The notes below the pieces were generated by a model, which did not search any database, was not told where the DNA came from, and saw only the letters and a program-made list of their open reading frames with translations. DNA of 64,000 bases from Candidatus Latescibacterota bacterium (GTDB lineage Bacteria > Latescibacterota > UBA2968 > GCA-2709665): positions 448,001-512,000 of the forward strand of contig OZ244937.1 in NCBI GenBank assembly GCA_965222075.1, given 5' to 3'. The position numbers were made by a program, and so were the translations under genes. Below, one piece after another: positions 28,873-39,177 of the stretch. How positions within the stretch are numbered: position 1 is the stretch's first letter; the number at the start of each line of letters is the position of its first letter.

Positions 28873-31800
28873 ATGTTTTTGAATCGGATCAACGTTCTTC
28901 TCCGCGCCTCGATCTATTTGATTTTGGCCCTCAGGCCGGGGGCGGCAGCGGCCCAGGCCGTCTCCGGCGAGCCCCGGCTGGTGTCGTCCGGTCCGGAGGG
29001 CGTGGTGGTGGAGATCAGCGCCCGGGATTATGGGTTGCGGCGCGTTGTGCTGGACGGCCGGGCGTTTGACCGGGTGGACCTGCCCGGTGCGGTCTGGTCG
29101 CCCGAGCCGGGGGCCCCGGCCGTGCCTGTGCGGGGGCTGTTGCTCGGGGTGCCCCACGGGGCCGAGGTTTCGGTTGAGGTGGTCGATGCGGCCTACGATG
29201 AGGTGCCGGGTGTGGACCTGATGCCGGTGCCTGCCTGCGCCGCGTTGGGCGCGGCAGGCAGGCCGGAGACGCAGTTTGTCGGGCGTGAGCATGTCCAGCA
29301 GCGCTACGAACCGGCCCCGGCGGTTTACGGCCGGGATCGGTTTTATCCGGCGCAGCAGGCGGTGATCACCCGAACGGGTCTGATGCGCGATCAGCGTGTG
29401 GTTGGGGTGTCTCTGCGGCCGATTCAGTACCATCCGGTTCGCAGGGTGCTCCGAATTGCCAGGCGGCTGCGGGTGCGGGTGCGGTTTCTGGAAAGGGGAC
29501 CGGGCAGGCCGCTCTTGCGTCCGGCCGATGGGGGCGCTGAGGGGGCGTTGGAGCCGATCTATCGAAAGGCGCTTCTGAACGCCGAGCAGGCCCGGGCCTG
29601 GCGGGGGCATCCCGCAGGGGGGCAAGGCCTCCGGAAGGTCCAGCCGGACTGGTATGACCCTGAAGGGACCTATTATAAGCTGCGCATCCGGGAGGATGGG
29701 CTGTATGGACTGGATGCGGAATGGTTTGCCGCCTCAGGGATTGACCTGGGGGCGGGGGGCTTGGGACGGCTGAAGCTTTTCCTGAACGGGGAGGAGGTTG
29801 CGCTGGCGGTTCGGGACGGGGGAGATGGACGGTTGGACGCGGGGGACAGGGTGTTCTTTTATGGGCGGTTCCGGCGGGCGCCCGACCGGGGCTTTGAGAA
29901 CGAATTTGGACGGGAAAACGTGTACTGGCTCACCTCAGACGGAGGGCCGGGCCGGCACTTCCGTCCCGTCAATGCGTCGCCCCAAAGCGGGTTGCCGGAG
30001 GCAGATCGGTTTGCGGCGGTGGTGCACGCGGAGGTTGATTCGATCTACGATCCCCTGGGACTGGCCGCGGATGTCCGGCGGGACCACTGGTACTGGGGGC
30101 GCACGGGGTCGCCCCGGCCGGGGCTTCAGGAATTTCCCGTGACGGTGCCGGTTCTTCTACCGGGGCTGGACCGGGAATCGGCACAGACCGCCCGCATCCG
30201 GGTGGGGATGCACGGGTTGACCAGCCTGCCGGGGCCGCACCCCGACCATTTGAGTGTGGTGCGCCTGGCAAATGGCACGGTGGTTTCCGAAGACCGCTGG
30301 GACGGGCAGACGGCGTTTGTGGCCAGCGGTGAGGTACCGGTTACGGAACTGGGGGATACGGTCCGGGTGACGCTGGCCACGCCCGGCTCTGTGGATTTTC
30401 CGGAACTCCATGTGGACCATGTGCTGCTGAACTGGGTTGAGATTACCTACCCCCGGCGCTACGAGGCGACGGAGGGCACCCTGCTTTTCGATCCGGGAAC
30501 GGCCGAGGGCCGCACGTTTTCGGTTGGGGGATTCCGGGCGCCGTCGGTATTGGTCTTCGGCCTGGAGCAGGAGCTTATCCTGGAGGGGGTGGAGGTGGTG
30601 GAAGACGGGGCGGGTTACCGGGCGCGGTTTGAAGTGGGTGGGGGGGGGGTGTTTCTGGCGGTCGATTCCACAGCGGTCCGGCGTCCGGATGCGGCAGAGG
30701 TGGATGCGGCTTCCAACCTGCGGGGCGAACGGTCCGGCGCGGACTATCTGATTGTGACGCATCCCCTCCTCCAGGCGGAGGCGGAGCGGCTGGCGGAGCA
30801 CCGGCGGGAAGGGGGATTGAGCGTGCAGGTGGTGTACGTGACCGATATTTACGACGAATTTGCCTTTGGGCAGGTCGTTCCGGAGGCTATCCGGGCGTTT
30901 ATGATCCACGCATTCGAGACCTGGACACAGCGGCCGATCTATCTGCTGCTGTTCGGCCGGGCGAGTTTCGACTACCGGGATAACTTCGGACAGGCCAGGG
31001 AGGGACGGCGAAATCTTGTTCCGGCACTCCCCTTCCAGCGCACCCGGCGAGGGCTGGCATACACAGACCACCGCTTCGGGACGGTGGCCGGGGAGGATGC
31101 GTTCCTGGATGTGTTCGTGGGGCGGTTTTCGGTGACCAGTACCGGTGAGGCGGAGAAGGTGGTGCAAAAGGTGATCCGCTACGACAGTGCCCCGCATGGG
31201 CGCTGGCGGGACCGGGTGCTCTACATGGCCAACTACGAGGTCGTTCCCTCGGTCTACGCAGCGCCGAGCGATTCCTTAGCGGCGCTGTACACCGAACCGC
31301 TGGGCCTGGAGACGTTCAAGGTCTACAACCGGATGGATACGCCGCCGGAGCCGAATGAGGATACCCGGGAGGTGATCCGGCAGATCAACGAGGGGCGGCT
31401 GGTGGTCAATTTTACCGGGCATGGAAGCGCTGCGATTATGGCGTTCTTTTTGCGGGGCACCTTCCAGCAGCGCTACTACAACTATATGACACAGATCGTG
31501 AATGGAGACCGGCTGCCGCTGGTGGTGGCCATGTCGTGTTTAAACGGCCTGTACGCGGACCCGACACTGGTCTGTCTGGCCGAGGAGATGACCAAAAAAA
31601 CGGACGGAGGGGCAATTGCCTATGTGTCGGCTTCGTCCCTTGCGTTTGTGTCTACCAATAACGCGATCAACGCGGGGATGTTTCGGCATCTCTTTCGGGA
31701 TAGCATCCGGACGTTTGGACCGAGTCTGGCTCTGGGCAAAGCGGACTGGCTGACCGCCTCTCCCACTGCAACGGCATCGGCGTACGGGATGAACCTGATG

Positions 31801-34680
31801 GGCGATCCGGCGCAGGTCCTGGCGGTGCCTGAAGGGCCGGATTTTTCCCTGCCGGCCGACGGCCTGCGGATTTCCCGGCAGGGGGCGCTGGTGGCGGGGG
31901 ATTCGGTCCGGATTGTGGTCCGGGTTGAGAACCTGGGCATTCTGTCGGAGGCGGGGCCGCAGGTGATGCTGGTGGATCAGAACCTGGACCGGGCCGAGAG
32001 GGATACCCTTTTTCTGGGCAGGCTGTCTCCCTTTGGACAGGCGGACAGCCTGGCGGTGCTCCGGAGGCTGCGGGCGGGGCACCATCGGCTGGAGGTTGTG
32101 CTGGATCCGGCAGACCGGATTGAGGAGTTAGATGAAACGAACAACCGCCTGGCGGTGGAGCTGGACGTTTTTGGGGCGCTTGCGGCAGTGCCGACCATGC
32201 CGGCCGAGAGCCAGGTGGTTTCCGCCCCGGAGGTGCGGCTGGCGGTGCGCGCCGGGGCGGGTGTGGATGGGGAGGTGCTGGGCGAATTTGAGGTGGGCCG
32301 GACGCTGGCGTTTGAGGGGGCAGAGGTGATCCGTTCGGGAGGGGTGGGTGGAGAGGCCGAGCTGGTGTCCTGGCAGGTGCCCGCCCTCAGCCCGGGCACC
32401 TATTACTGGCGGGCGCGGCTGTCGGATGGGCAGGCTCAGGGGGGCTGGACGCAGCCCCGGGCGTTTGTGGTCGCACCGTCTGCCCCAAAGCGGGAGGTGC
32501 TCTGGCAGCAGGGAGGGGCCGAAGCCTACGGGCTGGGCATATCGAAGGATGTGACGCTGTTTGAAGACGGGTCGGTGGGCCGGGTGCTGACGCCTCCGCC
32601 GATGCGTTTCAACCAGGAGGGGCGGGAGGCGGAGTTCGTCGCCGAGGGGGTTAAGGCCACGGCAGTGCTGTGTAGCGACGGGACCTACGTGTATGTGAAG
32701 AGGTATTATACCCCCAAAGGGCTCTATTCGGGCCGCGACGTGTTCGAGCGGATCGGGACGGGGTTTGGGGGGACGACCGCCGGGCAGAACTACGGGGTGT
32801 TGACGGAGGCGCCGATCCGGGGGACCTCGGCGACCTATCACAGCGACGGATTTATCTATGCCGACGATCGGAGCCGGGAAGAACTGGTGCGGATCTCGCC
32901 GGTGACGGGAGCGGCCGACCGGGTGCGGGTGCCCGACGGGCTGCTGGACATAGAGACCGGCCTGGTGTTCAGCGGGCACTCCCTGATTACCTCCGACGGC
33001 ACCTATATCTACAATGTGTCCTGGGGGGTGAATGGGATCAGACGCGCCGGGTGGACGGTGCGGGTGTTCGACCCGGCCGACGGGTGGCGGGTGGTCCGGG
33101 AATTTGTGGTGGGCCCGACGTCCACGGGTTTTGGTTACCTGTTTACCGACGGTGTAATCGCGGACGGCCATTACCTCTACCTGGTGGAGTTCGGAACGGG
33201 GCTGACGCACCGGGTGCGGGTGGTGGACGCGCAGGACGGGCGTTTTGTGGAGGAGTTTGAGAGCGATCAGGCGGAGACCGACATCCTGAGCGGGCAGTAC
33301 GACTGGGTGAACAACAAGGTCTGGTTCGGGCAGTTGAACGGGCCGGCCGTCTACCGGTATACCGGGCGCAGGCTGCCGGATTCCGGCAGCCTCACGTCGG
33401 GGCCGGTCGGGCCGGGGGGAGCATGGGGGGGGCTGCAGGTGGGGATTCGGCCGGGCGGTTCGGCCGGTGCCCGGGCAGAGGTGGACCTCCTGGGCGAGGA
33501 CCCCTCCGGCGCGTTCCTGCCCCTGCCGGAATGGACGGGGCTTACGCCCGGCGGCGAGATCGATTTGAGCGGCCTGGATGCCCGCCGTATTCGGATTCGG
33601 GTGCGGCTGTTCGGAGAGGGGTTCAGTCCCTCCCCGGTGCTGACGGAGTGGGCCGTTCGGTACCAGCCCGTTTCCGACTTAGCGCTTTCGGGGCTTCGGG
33701 CGGAGCCGAGGGCGGTGGAGGAGGTGCAGCCGGTGACGCTGACGGTGGATGTGCTGAATCGGGGGCCCCTGGACCTGGTGCTGGGCACGGCGATTGCCTT
33801 TTACAGCGGTCCCCCCGAAAACGGACGGTTGATCGGCCGGACAGCGGTGCCCGAACAGACGCGGTTTGGCCGGAAGACGGAGGTGTCGATGGTCTGGAAT
33901 ACGGCGCGGTTCCCGGGGGAGCATACCGTCTGGGCCCGGGTGGAAGACCTGCTGGGGCGCCCGAGCGTTTACGAGCAGCAGGCCGCTGCGGAGGACCCGG
34001 TTGAGGTGACCTCCAGCGGAGACCGGGACGCGCCGGAGGTGGTGCTTGAGGCGCTGGATGCGGCCGGGGAGGTCCGTCCGGAGGATTTCCTGCCGCCCGA
34101 GCCGAGGTTCCGGGTCGTTTTCAGGGATTCAAGCGGGATCGATCCCGAATCGGTGCGGATGCTGCTGATCGGTACGGCAGGGGAGATTTCAGAGGGGATC
34201 GTTTCGCCCGCTGTGCAGGACCGGACGGAGGATGCAATGTCGCTGGGGTTTGTCTATGCCCCCACGCTGGCGGACGACCGGTACGTGTTGGAGGTCTCTG
34301 CCCGCGACTGGTTGGAGAACGGACCGGCGCGCAAGTCGCTGGCGTTCCGCGTCTCGTCGGAACTCCGGATCGAGAAGGTGCTCAACGTGCCCAATCCGAT
34401 GGCGGACGGGACAGCATTTACCTACATTTTGTCCCATCCCGCCGAAGTGACGGTGCGGATCTATACGGTTGCGGGGCGCCTGGTGCAGGTTCTGGAGGGC
34501 CTGCCCGGACGGACGGGTTTCAACCAGGCCTTCTGGAACGGCCGGGATGGAGACGGCCACCTGCTGGCCAACGGGGTTTACCTGTATACGGTGACGGCCG
34601 AGGACGGCTCGGAGGTGGTGCGGGTGAAGGAGCGGCTGATTGTGTATAGAGCCTGGAGGGGGGGTGTTGTACCGGAATAA
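28873..34680 (+). CDS. Large C25 (gingipain/PorU-like) cysteine peptidase with propeptide, CARDB, propeller-like region and C-terminal FlgD-Ig domain
   Basis: PGAPAVP propeptide, ADYLIVTH, DIYDEF, YLLLFG, catalytic NFTGHGS and AMSCLNG, NLMGDP, DETNN (CARDB), NVPNP...WNGRDGDG..LANGVYLY. Confidence 0.88.
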   Translation: MFLNRINVLLRASIYLILALRPGAAAAQAVSGEPRLVSSGPEGVVVEISARDYGLRRVVLDGRAFDRVDLPGAVWSPEPGAPAVPVRGLLLGVPHGAEVSVEVVDAAYDEVPGVDLMPVPACAALGAAGRPETQFVGREHVQQRYEPAPAVYGRDRFYPAQQAVITRTGLMRDQRVVGVSLRPIQYHPVRRVLRIARRLRVRVRFLERGPGRPLLRPADGGAEGALEPIYRKALLNAEQARAWRGHPAGGQGLRKVQPDWYDPEGTYYKLRIREDGLYGLDAEWFAASGIDLGAGGLGRLKLFLNGEEVALAVRDGGDGRLDAGDRVFFYGRFRRAPDRGFENEFGRENVYWLTSDGGPGRHFRPVNASPQSGLPEADRFAAVVHAEVDSIYDPLGLAADVRRDHWYWGRTGSPRPGLQEFPVTVPVLLPGLDRESAQTARIRVGMHGLTSLPGPHPDHLSVVRLANGTVVSEDRWDGQTAFVASGEVPVTELGDTVRVTLATPGSVDFPELHVDHVLLNWVEITYPRRYEATEGTLLFDPGTAEGRTFSVGGFRAPSVLVFGLEQELILEGVEVVEDGAGYRARFEVGGGGVFLAVDSTAVRRPDAAEVDAASNLRGERSGADYLIVTHPLLQAEAERLAEHRREGGLSVQVVYVTDIYDEFAFGQVVPEAIRAFMIHAFETWTQRPIYLLLFGRASFDYRDNFGQAREGRRNLVPALPFQRTRRGLAYTDHRFGTVAGEDAFLDVFVGRFSVTSTGEAEKVVQKVIRYDSAPHGRWRDRVLYMANYEVVPSVYAAPSDSLAALYTEPLGLETFKVYNRMDTPPEPNEDTREVIRQINEGRLVVNFTGHGSAAIMAFFLRGTFQQRYYNYMTQIVNGDRLPLVVAMSCLNGLYADPTLVCLAEEMTKKTDGGAIAYVSASSLAFVSTNNAINAGMFRHLFRDSIRTFGPSLALGKADWLTASPTATASAYGMNLMGDPAQVLAVPEGPDFSLPADGLRISRQGALVAGDSVRIVVRVENLGILSEAGPQVMLVDQNLDRAERDTLFLGRLSPFGQADSLAVLRRLRAGHHRLEVVLDPADRIEELDETNNRLAVELDVFGALAAVPTMPAESQVVSAPEVRLAVRAGAGVDGEVLGEFEVGRTLAFEGAEVIRSGGVGGEAELVSWQVPALSPGTYYWRARLSDGQAQGGWTQPRAFVVAPSAPKREVLWQQGGAEAYGLGISKDVTLFEDGSVGRVLTPPPMRFNQEGREAEFVAEGVKATAVLCSDGTYVYVKRYYTPKGLYSGRDVFERIGTGFGGTTAGQNYGVLTEAPIRGTSATYHSDGFIYADDRSREELVRISPVTGAADRVRVPDGLLDIETGLVFSGHSLITSDGTYIYNVSWGVNGIRRAGWTVRVFDPADGWRVVREFVVGPTSTGFGYLFTDGVIADGHYLYLVEFGTGLTHRVRVVDAQDGRFVEEFESDQAETDILSGQYDWVNNKVWFGQLNGPAVYRYTGRRLPDSGSLTSGPVGPGGAWGGLQVGIRPGGSAGARAEVDLLGEDPSGAFLPLPEWTGLTPGGEIDLSGLDARRIRIRVRLFGEGFSPSPVLTEWAVRYQPVSDLALSGLRAEPRAVEEVQPVTLTVDVLNRGPLDLVLGTAIAFYSGPPENGRLIGRTAVPEQTRFGRKTEVSMVWNTARFPGEHTVWARVEDLLGRPSVYEQQAAAEDPVEVTSSGDRDAPEVVLEALDAAGEVRPEDFLPPEPRFRVVFRDSSGIDPESVRMLLIGTAGEISEGIVSPAVQDRTEDAMSLGFVYAPTLADDRYVLEVSARDWLENGPARKSLAFRVSSELRIEKVLNVPNPMADGTAFTYILSHPAEVTVRIYTVAGRLVQVLEGLPGRTGFNQAFWNGRDGDGHLLANGVYLYTVTAEDGSEVVRVKERLIVYRAWRGGVVPE

Positions 34681-34912
34681 GTGACAATTTTGTTGTCACT
34701 TCTGACATTTTTTTGTCGGTTGTTGTAAAGGACTACGGTTTAATGGGTTTAATGTATGTCTTCGGGTTGAACACAACGACAGGTGACATTTTTTTTGTCG
34801 GTTAGACGGGAAGCGCCGCGTGCGGAAACCAGGAGGTTAAAGATTCGTTCGTTAATCATTATCAATGGGTTACGCGTTTTCCGTTCCGTCTTTCTTTTTT
34901 TGTTTTGTCTTC

Positions 34913-34928
34913 TGGCACGCCGATTGCA
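34913..34928 (+). promoter_or_regulatory. Sigma-54 (-24/-12) promoter
   Basis: TGGCAC-GCCGA-TTGCA exact consensus, about 115 bp upstream of the 35043 ORF. Confidence 0.72.
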
Positions 34929-35042
34929 TTATCCTGTTTTCCCGCGTATTTGAGGCGGGAAATCGGGAAGGGTCGGCTCTCCCGGCTGGCCGGCCCTTCC
35001 CTCAACTCTCAACTTCAACACCTTTTGCAAAGGCGTTAGACT

Positions 35043-38000
35043 ATGGCCATGTGGCGTTGTCTTTTGAGCGCAGCAGCGTTTGTCATGATCGCTGGTGGGG
35101 GGATCTCTGCGCAGGAGTATTTCGGCAAGAATAAGGTGACCTACGACGACTATGACTGGCACTATATCGAGACGGAGCATTTTACGATCTACTTCGATAG
35201 GGAGTCGCTGCCGGTGGCGGAGTTTGCGGCCAAGGAGGCGGAGCGTGCGCTGGCGCAGATCGAGAAGGATCTGAAGTATACGCTTAAGGGGCGCTATCCG
35301 TTTGTGGTTTACAATTCGCACAATGGTTTTTCGGTGACGAATATTTCTCCTGAGGAGATTCCCGATGGTGTTGGTGGTTTTACGGAGTTTGCGCAGGGTC
35401 GGATTGTGATACCCTATACGGGTTCGTATGCGGATTTTCGGCATGTGATCCACCACGAGTTGGCGCACGAGGTCACGGTGGAGATGTGGACGGGAGGGGG
35501 TCTTTTGGGTGGTGTGGTGGCACAGACGGCGTCGATTCCGCCCCTGTGGGTGGTGGAGGGTGTGGCGGAGTATCTTTCGCGTGGTGGGTGGGACATAGGT
35601 GCGGACAATTTTATGCGTGATGCGACGATAACGGGATATGCGCCACCGATTGAGTTGTTGGGTGGTCTGTTCGCGTATAAGGGTGGTCAGTCTGTGATGT
35701 ATATGATCGAGCAGACGTATGGTAAGGAGAAGGTGGCGGAGTTTATTTCCAATTTTCGTTCAGCGCGTTCTGTGGACAAGGCCCTCAAGTCGTCGGTTGG
35801 CATAGGTCTGGAGGAGTTGGACGAGAAGTGGCAGTTGTGGTTGAAGCGTCAGTTTTGGAATGACATCAATCTGTATCAGCACCCCGAGGAGGTGGGCAAG
35901 AACCTGACCAAGCCGGCAGAGCAGCGGACGTATTTTGGTTATAATCTGGCTCCGAGTTTTTCTCCTCAGCGGGACAAGATCGCCTACCAGACGCTCAGCA
36001 GTCAGGGGACGTTTAACCTGCGCTTGATGTCAGCGATTGACGGCAAGGACTTAGGCAGGCTTGTGGAGGGAGAGCGGTCCTCGGATTTCGAGTCGATGTT
36101 TTTGCTTCGTCCGGGTGTTACGTGGTCTCCCGATGGGAAGCAGATTGCCTTTGCTGCGAAGTCGAACAACAAGAATACGCTTTACATTCTGGAGGTTCGC
36201 AGGAAGAAGGTGAGGAAGCGTTTCAAGTTCGACCTTGACGGTTTGTTCGAGCCGGCGTGGTCTCCGGATGGGAAGCGTATTGCTGTTGTGGGTTTGAAGC
36301 ATGGGTGGTCGGATATTTACATTGTGAACCTGGATGACGAGTCGTTGGAGCGTATCACGAACGATCCGTATGATGAGAAGCAGCTGGACTGGTCTCCGGA
36401 TGGGGCGTGGATAGCGATGAGTTCGGATCGTCCCGATACGGCATTGGCGTTTGACGGTCAGAAGGATTTTCCGTTTGGTCAGTATGATATATTTGTGGTT
36501 CGTCCGGATGGTTCTGAGATTCGTCGTGTGGTTGCCCACGAGGCGGGTGAGGTGCATCCCTCGTGGGGTGGTGACAGCGAGACGCTGGCTTTTGTGTCGG
36601 ACCGTACGGGTGTGGGTAATATCTACATTGCGCATTTGGACAGTGGTGTGGTGTATCCGGTGACGAATCTTCTTGCGGGTGGTCAGGGTGTGGACTGGCA
36701 TTATATGGACTGGTCAGCGGATGGTAAGAAGATGGCGTTTACGTCTTTGCACAAGGCTGGTTACGATATTTTTGTGATGAGTGATCCGCTTTCGAAGCGG
36801 AAGCGGGCTGAGGATTTGCCACTGACGCGTTTTGCCAAGCGGGAGCAGGGTATAGAGGATAAGACGTTTGTAGAGCGTCAGCAGGAGCGTCAGGAGCAGG
36901 CGCAGGCGGCGCAGGGGGAAGGTGAGGGAGAGTCGATTGAGTTGGCTGTGGCGCCTGAGGACACCGGCGTGGTGGATCGGAAGGTCGAGAAGTGGGTGTC
37001 CGATCAGATGTCGCTGGCCACAGAAGAGGCAAAGTCGACGTCGGGCGAAGCTGTGGAGGCGCCCTCCGACAGCAGCGCCGTGGAGGTACCCCCCGACAGC
37101 AGCGCTGGGGATGGAGAGGGTCTGGGCGCGGCGCTCAGGGAGTGGAACAAGGAGTTCAAGATCAACAAGTATAAGATCAAGCTGAAGCCTGAGTTTTTCG
37201 GTGCGAATGCGGGTTTTGATACGTTTTACGGTGTGAGCAGCCTGGTGCAGTTGTCGATGAGCGATGTGCTGGGCGACCACCGTCTGGTGCTGTTGACGAG
37301 TGTGAATTTTTCATTGAAGGACAGCGATTTTTTCCTGACGTATGCGAATTTGAAGCGTCAGACGAACTTCGCGGTTCAGGCGTTTCATACGCGTTTGTTC
37401 TTTTTCAGCGGGGGTGTGTTGAACGCCGACCGGTATTATGGCGGGGCAGTGGGGCTTGAGCGTCCGTTTAACCGGTTCACGCGTTTTGAGCTGGGCACGC
37501 GTTTTATTACCATTTCCCGAGACCGGTTGAACGCGTTCGCCAATCCCTTTGTTCGTGGGGGTTTCACGGGGGGGACCGTGCGTGGGCAGCCAGGTGAACA
37601 CGTGGACACGCGTCGTGCGGTGATTTCCGAGGCTGCGCTGGTGGATGACAATACGATGAACAGCCTGTTTGGTCCTGTGCACGGGCGTCGGTTGCGGCTC
37701 TCGTTTGAGGGGAGCTTTTCAGGGATGAAATACAGGACAGTACAGTTGGATTATCGCAAATATGTGCGTGTGCTGGACGACTATACCTTTGGGTTGCGGC
37801 TTGCGGGGGGCACCAGCTTTGGGCAAAACAGACACGTCTTCTTCGTGGGGGGTGTCAACAACCCGATCAACCCGAGGTTCTCCACCATCGCCTCTGTTGA
37901 CGACAGCCGCATTTTCTTCTCCCGTTTCATCTGGCCCCTGCGTGGGGTTGAGCTGTTTGAGATGGCGGGAGACTCTTTTGCGCTGGCCAATGTGGCGTTC

Positions 38001-38297
38001 CGTTTCCCTCTGCTTCGACAGTTGACCCTGGGCTGGCCGCTGCCCCTGTTTTTCCAGAATGTGCAGGGCGAACTGTTCCTGGATGTGGGCGGAGCGTTTG
38101 ACCGGGACAATTTCGACCCCTGGGAGGCACAAAGCGGGGGGTTTGAACTGCGGGATCTGAAGGCGGGCTACGGGCTGGGTGTTCGGGTCAATATGGGTAT
38201 TTTCCTCTTCCGCTACGACCTGGCCTGGCCTACCGACTTTGCCCAGACCTACCATCCCCGGCAGTACTTCTCAATCGATTTTACCGGGCTGTTTTGA
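35043..38297 (+). CDS. Metallopeptidase-like (HExxH) + PD40/TolB repeats + Omp85/BamA-type beta-barrel protein
   Basis: Signal peptide, YFGKNKV, HHELAHE, repeated WSPDG, LRG barrel-loop motif, GYGLGVR, C-terminal F. Confidence 0.85.
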   Translation: MAMWRCLLSAAAFVMIAGGGISAQEYFGKNKVTYDDYDWHYIETEHFTIYFDRESLPVAEFAAKEAERALAQIEKDLKYTLKGRYPFVVYNSHNGFSVTNISPEEIPDGVGGFTEFAQGRIVIPYTGSYADFRHVIHHELAHEVTVEMWTGGGLLGGVVAQTASIPPLWVVEGVAEYLSRGGWDIGADNFMRDATITGYAPPIELLGGLFAYKGGQSVMYMIEQTYGKEKVAEFISNFRSARSVDKALKSSVGIGLEELDEKWQLWLKRQFWNDINLYQHPEEVGKNLTKPAEQRTYFGYNLAPSFSPQRDKIAYQTLSSQGTFNLRLMSAIDGKDLGRLVEGERSSDFESMFLLRPGVTWSPDGKQIAFAAKSNNKNTLYILEVRRKKVRKRFKFDLDGLFEPAWSPDGKRIAVVGLKHGWSDIYIVNLDDESLERITNDPYDEKQLDWSPDGAWIAMSSDRPDTALAFDGQKDFPFGQYDIFVVRPDGSEIRRVVAHEAGEVHPSWGGDSETLAFVSDRTGVGNIYIAHLDSGVVYPVTNLLAGGQGVDWHYMDWSADGKKMAFTSLHKAGYDIFVMSDPLSKRKRAEDLPLTRFAKREQGIEDKTFVERQQERQEQAQAAQGEGEGESIELAVAPEDTGVVDRKVEKWVSDQMSLATEEAKSTSGEAVEAPSDSSAVEVPPDSSAGDGEGLGAALREWNKEFKINKYKIKLKPEFFGANAGFDTFYGVSSLVQLSMSDVLGDHRLVLLTSVNFSLKDSDFFLTYANLKRQTNFAVQAFHTRLFFFSGGVLNADRYYGGAVGLERPFNRFTRFELGTRFITISRDRLNAFANPFVRGGFTGGTVRGQPGEHVDTRRAVISEAALVDDNTMNSLFGPVHGRRLRLSFEGSFSGMKYRTVQLDYRKYVRVLDDYTFGLRLAGGTSFGQNRHVFFVGGVNNPINPRFSTIASVDDSRIFFSRFIWPLRGVELFEMAGDSFALANVAFRFPLLRQLTLGWPLPLFFQNVQGELFLDVGGAFDRDNFDPWEAQSGGFELRDLKAGYGLGVRVNMGIFLFRYDLAWPTDFAQTYHPRQYFSIDFTGLF
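37050..37103 (+). repeat. 27-bp tandem duplication in a low-complexity linker
   Basis: GCTGTGGAGGCGCCCTCCGACAGCAGC / GCCGTGGAGGTACCCCCCGACAGCAGC. Confidence 0.75.
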
Positions 38298-38315
38298 CTT
38301 CAGGGAGCAGGGGGG

Positions 38316-38935
38316 CCTGCCTGCGCCAGAGCGGCTCTCATTACTCCCCCCTTGAGGGGGAGTCGCAGAAGCCGAGCCGGTCCCCTGAGCCTTGTCCTGA
38401 GCCTGTCGAAGGGTAGTCGAAGGGCAGGCGACGGCTGATGCGGTGGGGGGACCAAGCGTGGCTACTGCCCTCAAACCCTGCAAAACCCCCAACCCTCCGC
38501 AATCCCCCCCTCCCTCCCTCCCTTCCCTCCCATGCCTTCGGCGAGGCCTTTTTCTTGCACGCCCAAGAAAAAGGCCGAAAAAGAAGGGCGCCGCTCAGGC
38601 GCCGCGGGGGCTGCTTTTCCGCGAATTGTCCCTGGGGCGGAAACGGAAGCTTCTGCCCTGCGGACCTTTGAGGTGTTCCTGGGGGTGGCGCCGGACGGAA
38701 CCGCGCGGAAAAGCCCCTTCCCTTCACCAAATACCCTTTCTCCCAACGATTCTTCCAGAGCTGTCTCCGCTTCCCTCGAAAAACCCTGGAACACGGGCGT
38801 CTCGCCGGAACGAGGGCATCTTGCCCTCGACAGCAAGCGGGCAAAGGGCAACCACGAGGGTTGCCCCTACGACAATCCAAATTCCGTCCACATCCACCCT
38901 CCCGCAGGGGCGGTTCGCGAACCGCCCCTGCATCG
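38316..38935. repeat. Cluster of palindromic repeats (REP-like and nested hairpins)
   Basis: CTCCCCCCTTGAGGGGGAG; nested CCTGAGC..GTCGAAGG (38380-38424); CCTTTTTCTTG..CAAGAAAAAGG; AGGGCAACCACGAGGGTTGCCCCTAC (38845-38870); GCAGGGGCGGTTCGCGAACCGCCCCTGC (38904-38931, second copy 50650-50677). Confidence 0.85.
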
Positions 38936-39177
38936 GTTGGGTGTAAGATCCTGGCGATCTCAGGCGCTTTGTTTTATATTATGCACTGTTGCTGCATATT
39001 CCGGCCCTTCTTTCAAGATGTCCGGTCATCGGGGGGACTGGAATACGTCTCCCGCCGTGAGGCCATCCCGGGGTTTTTTCCGGCGCGTGCTGATGGGGGC
39101 AATGTGATGCAAAACCACTTACGACCCGATTGTGCCGGATTTCCTGCCGCAAGACCGCGGTCTCTGAGGTGAGGGCT

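Noticed and set aside
35100-37700. G/T-rich codon usage in the Omp85 fusion gene suggesting foreign origin
   Set aside because: No mobility signatures at the boundaries; could reflect strand or expression bias. Cannot be quantified by eye.
38341-39107. Several 120-190 aa ORFs over the palindromic cluster (similar ones at 45514-45995 and 50385-51035)
   Set aside because: They translate repeat DNA (low-complexity, REP-derived peptides) and are not credible genes.
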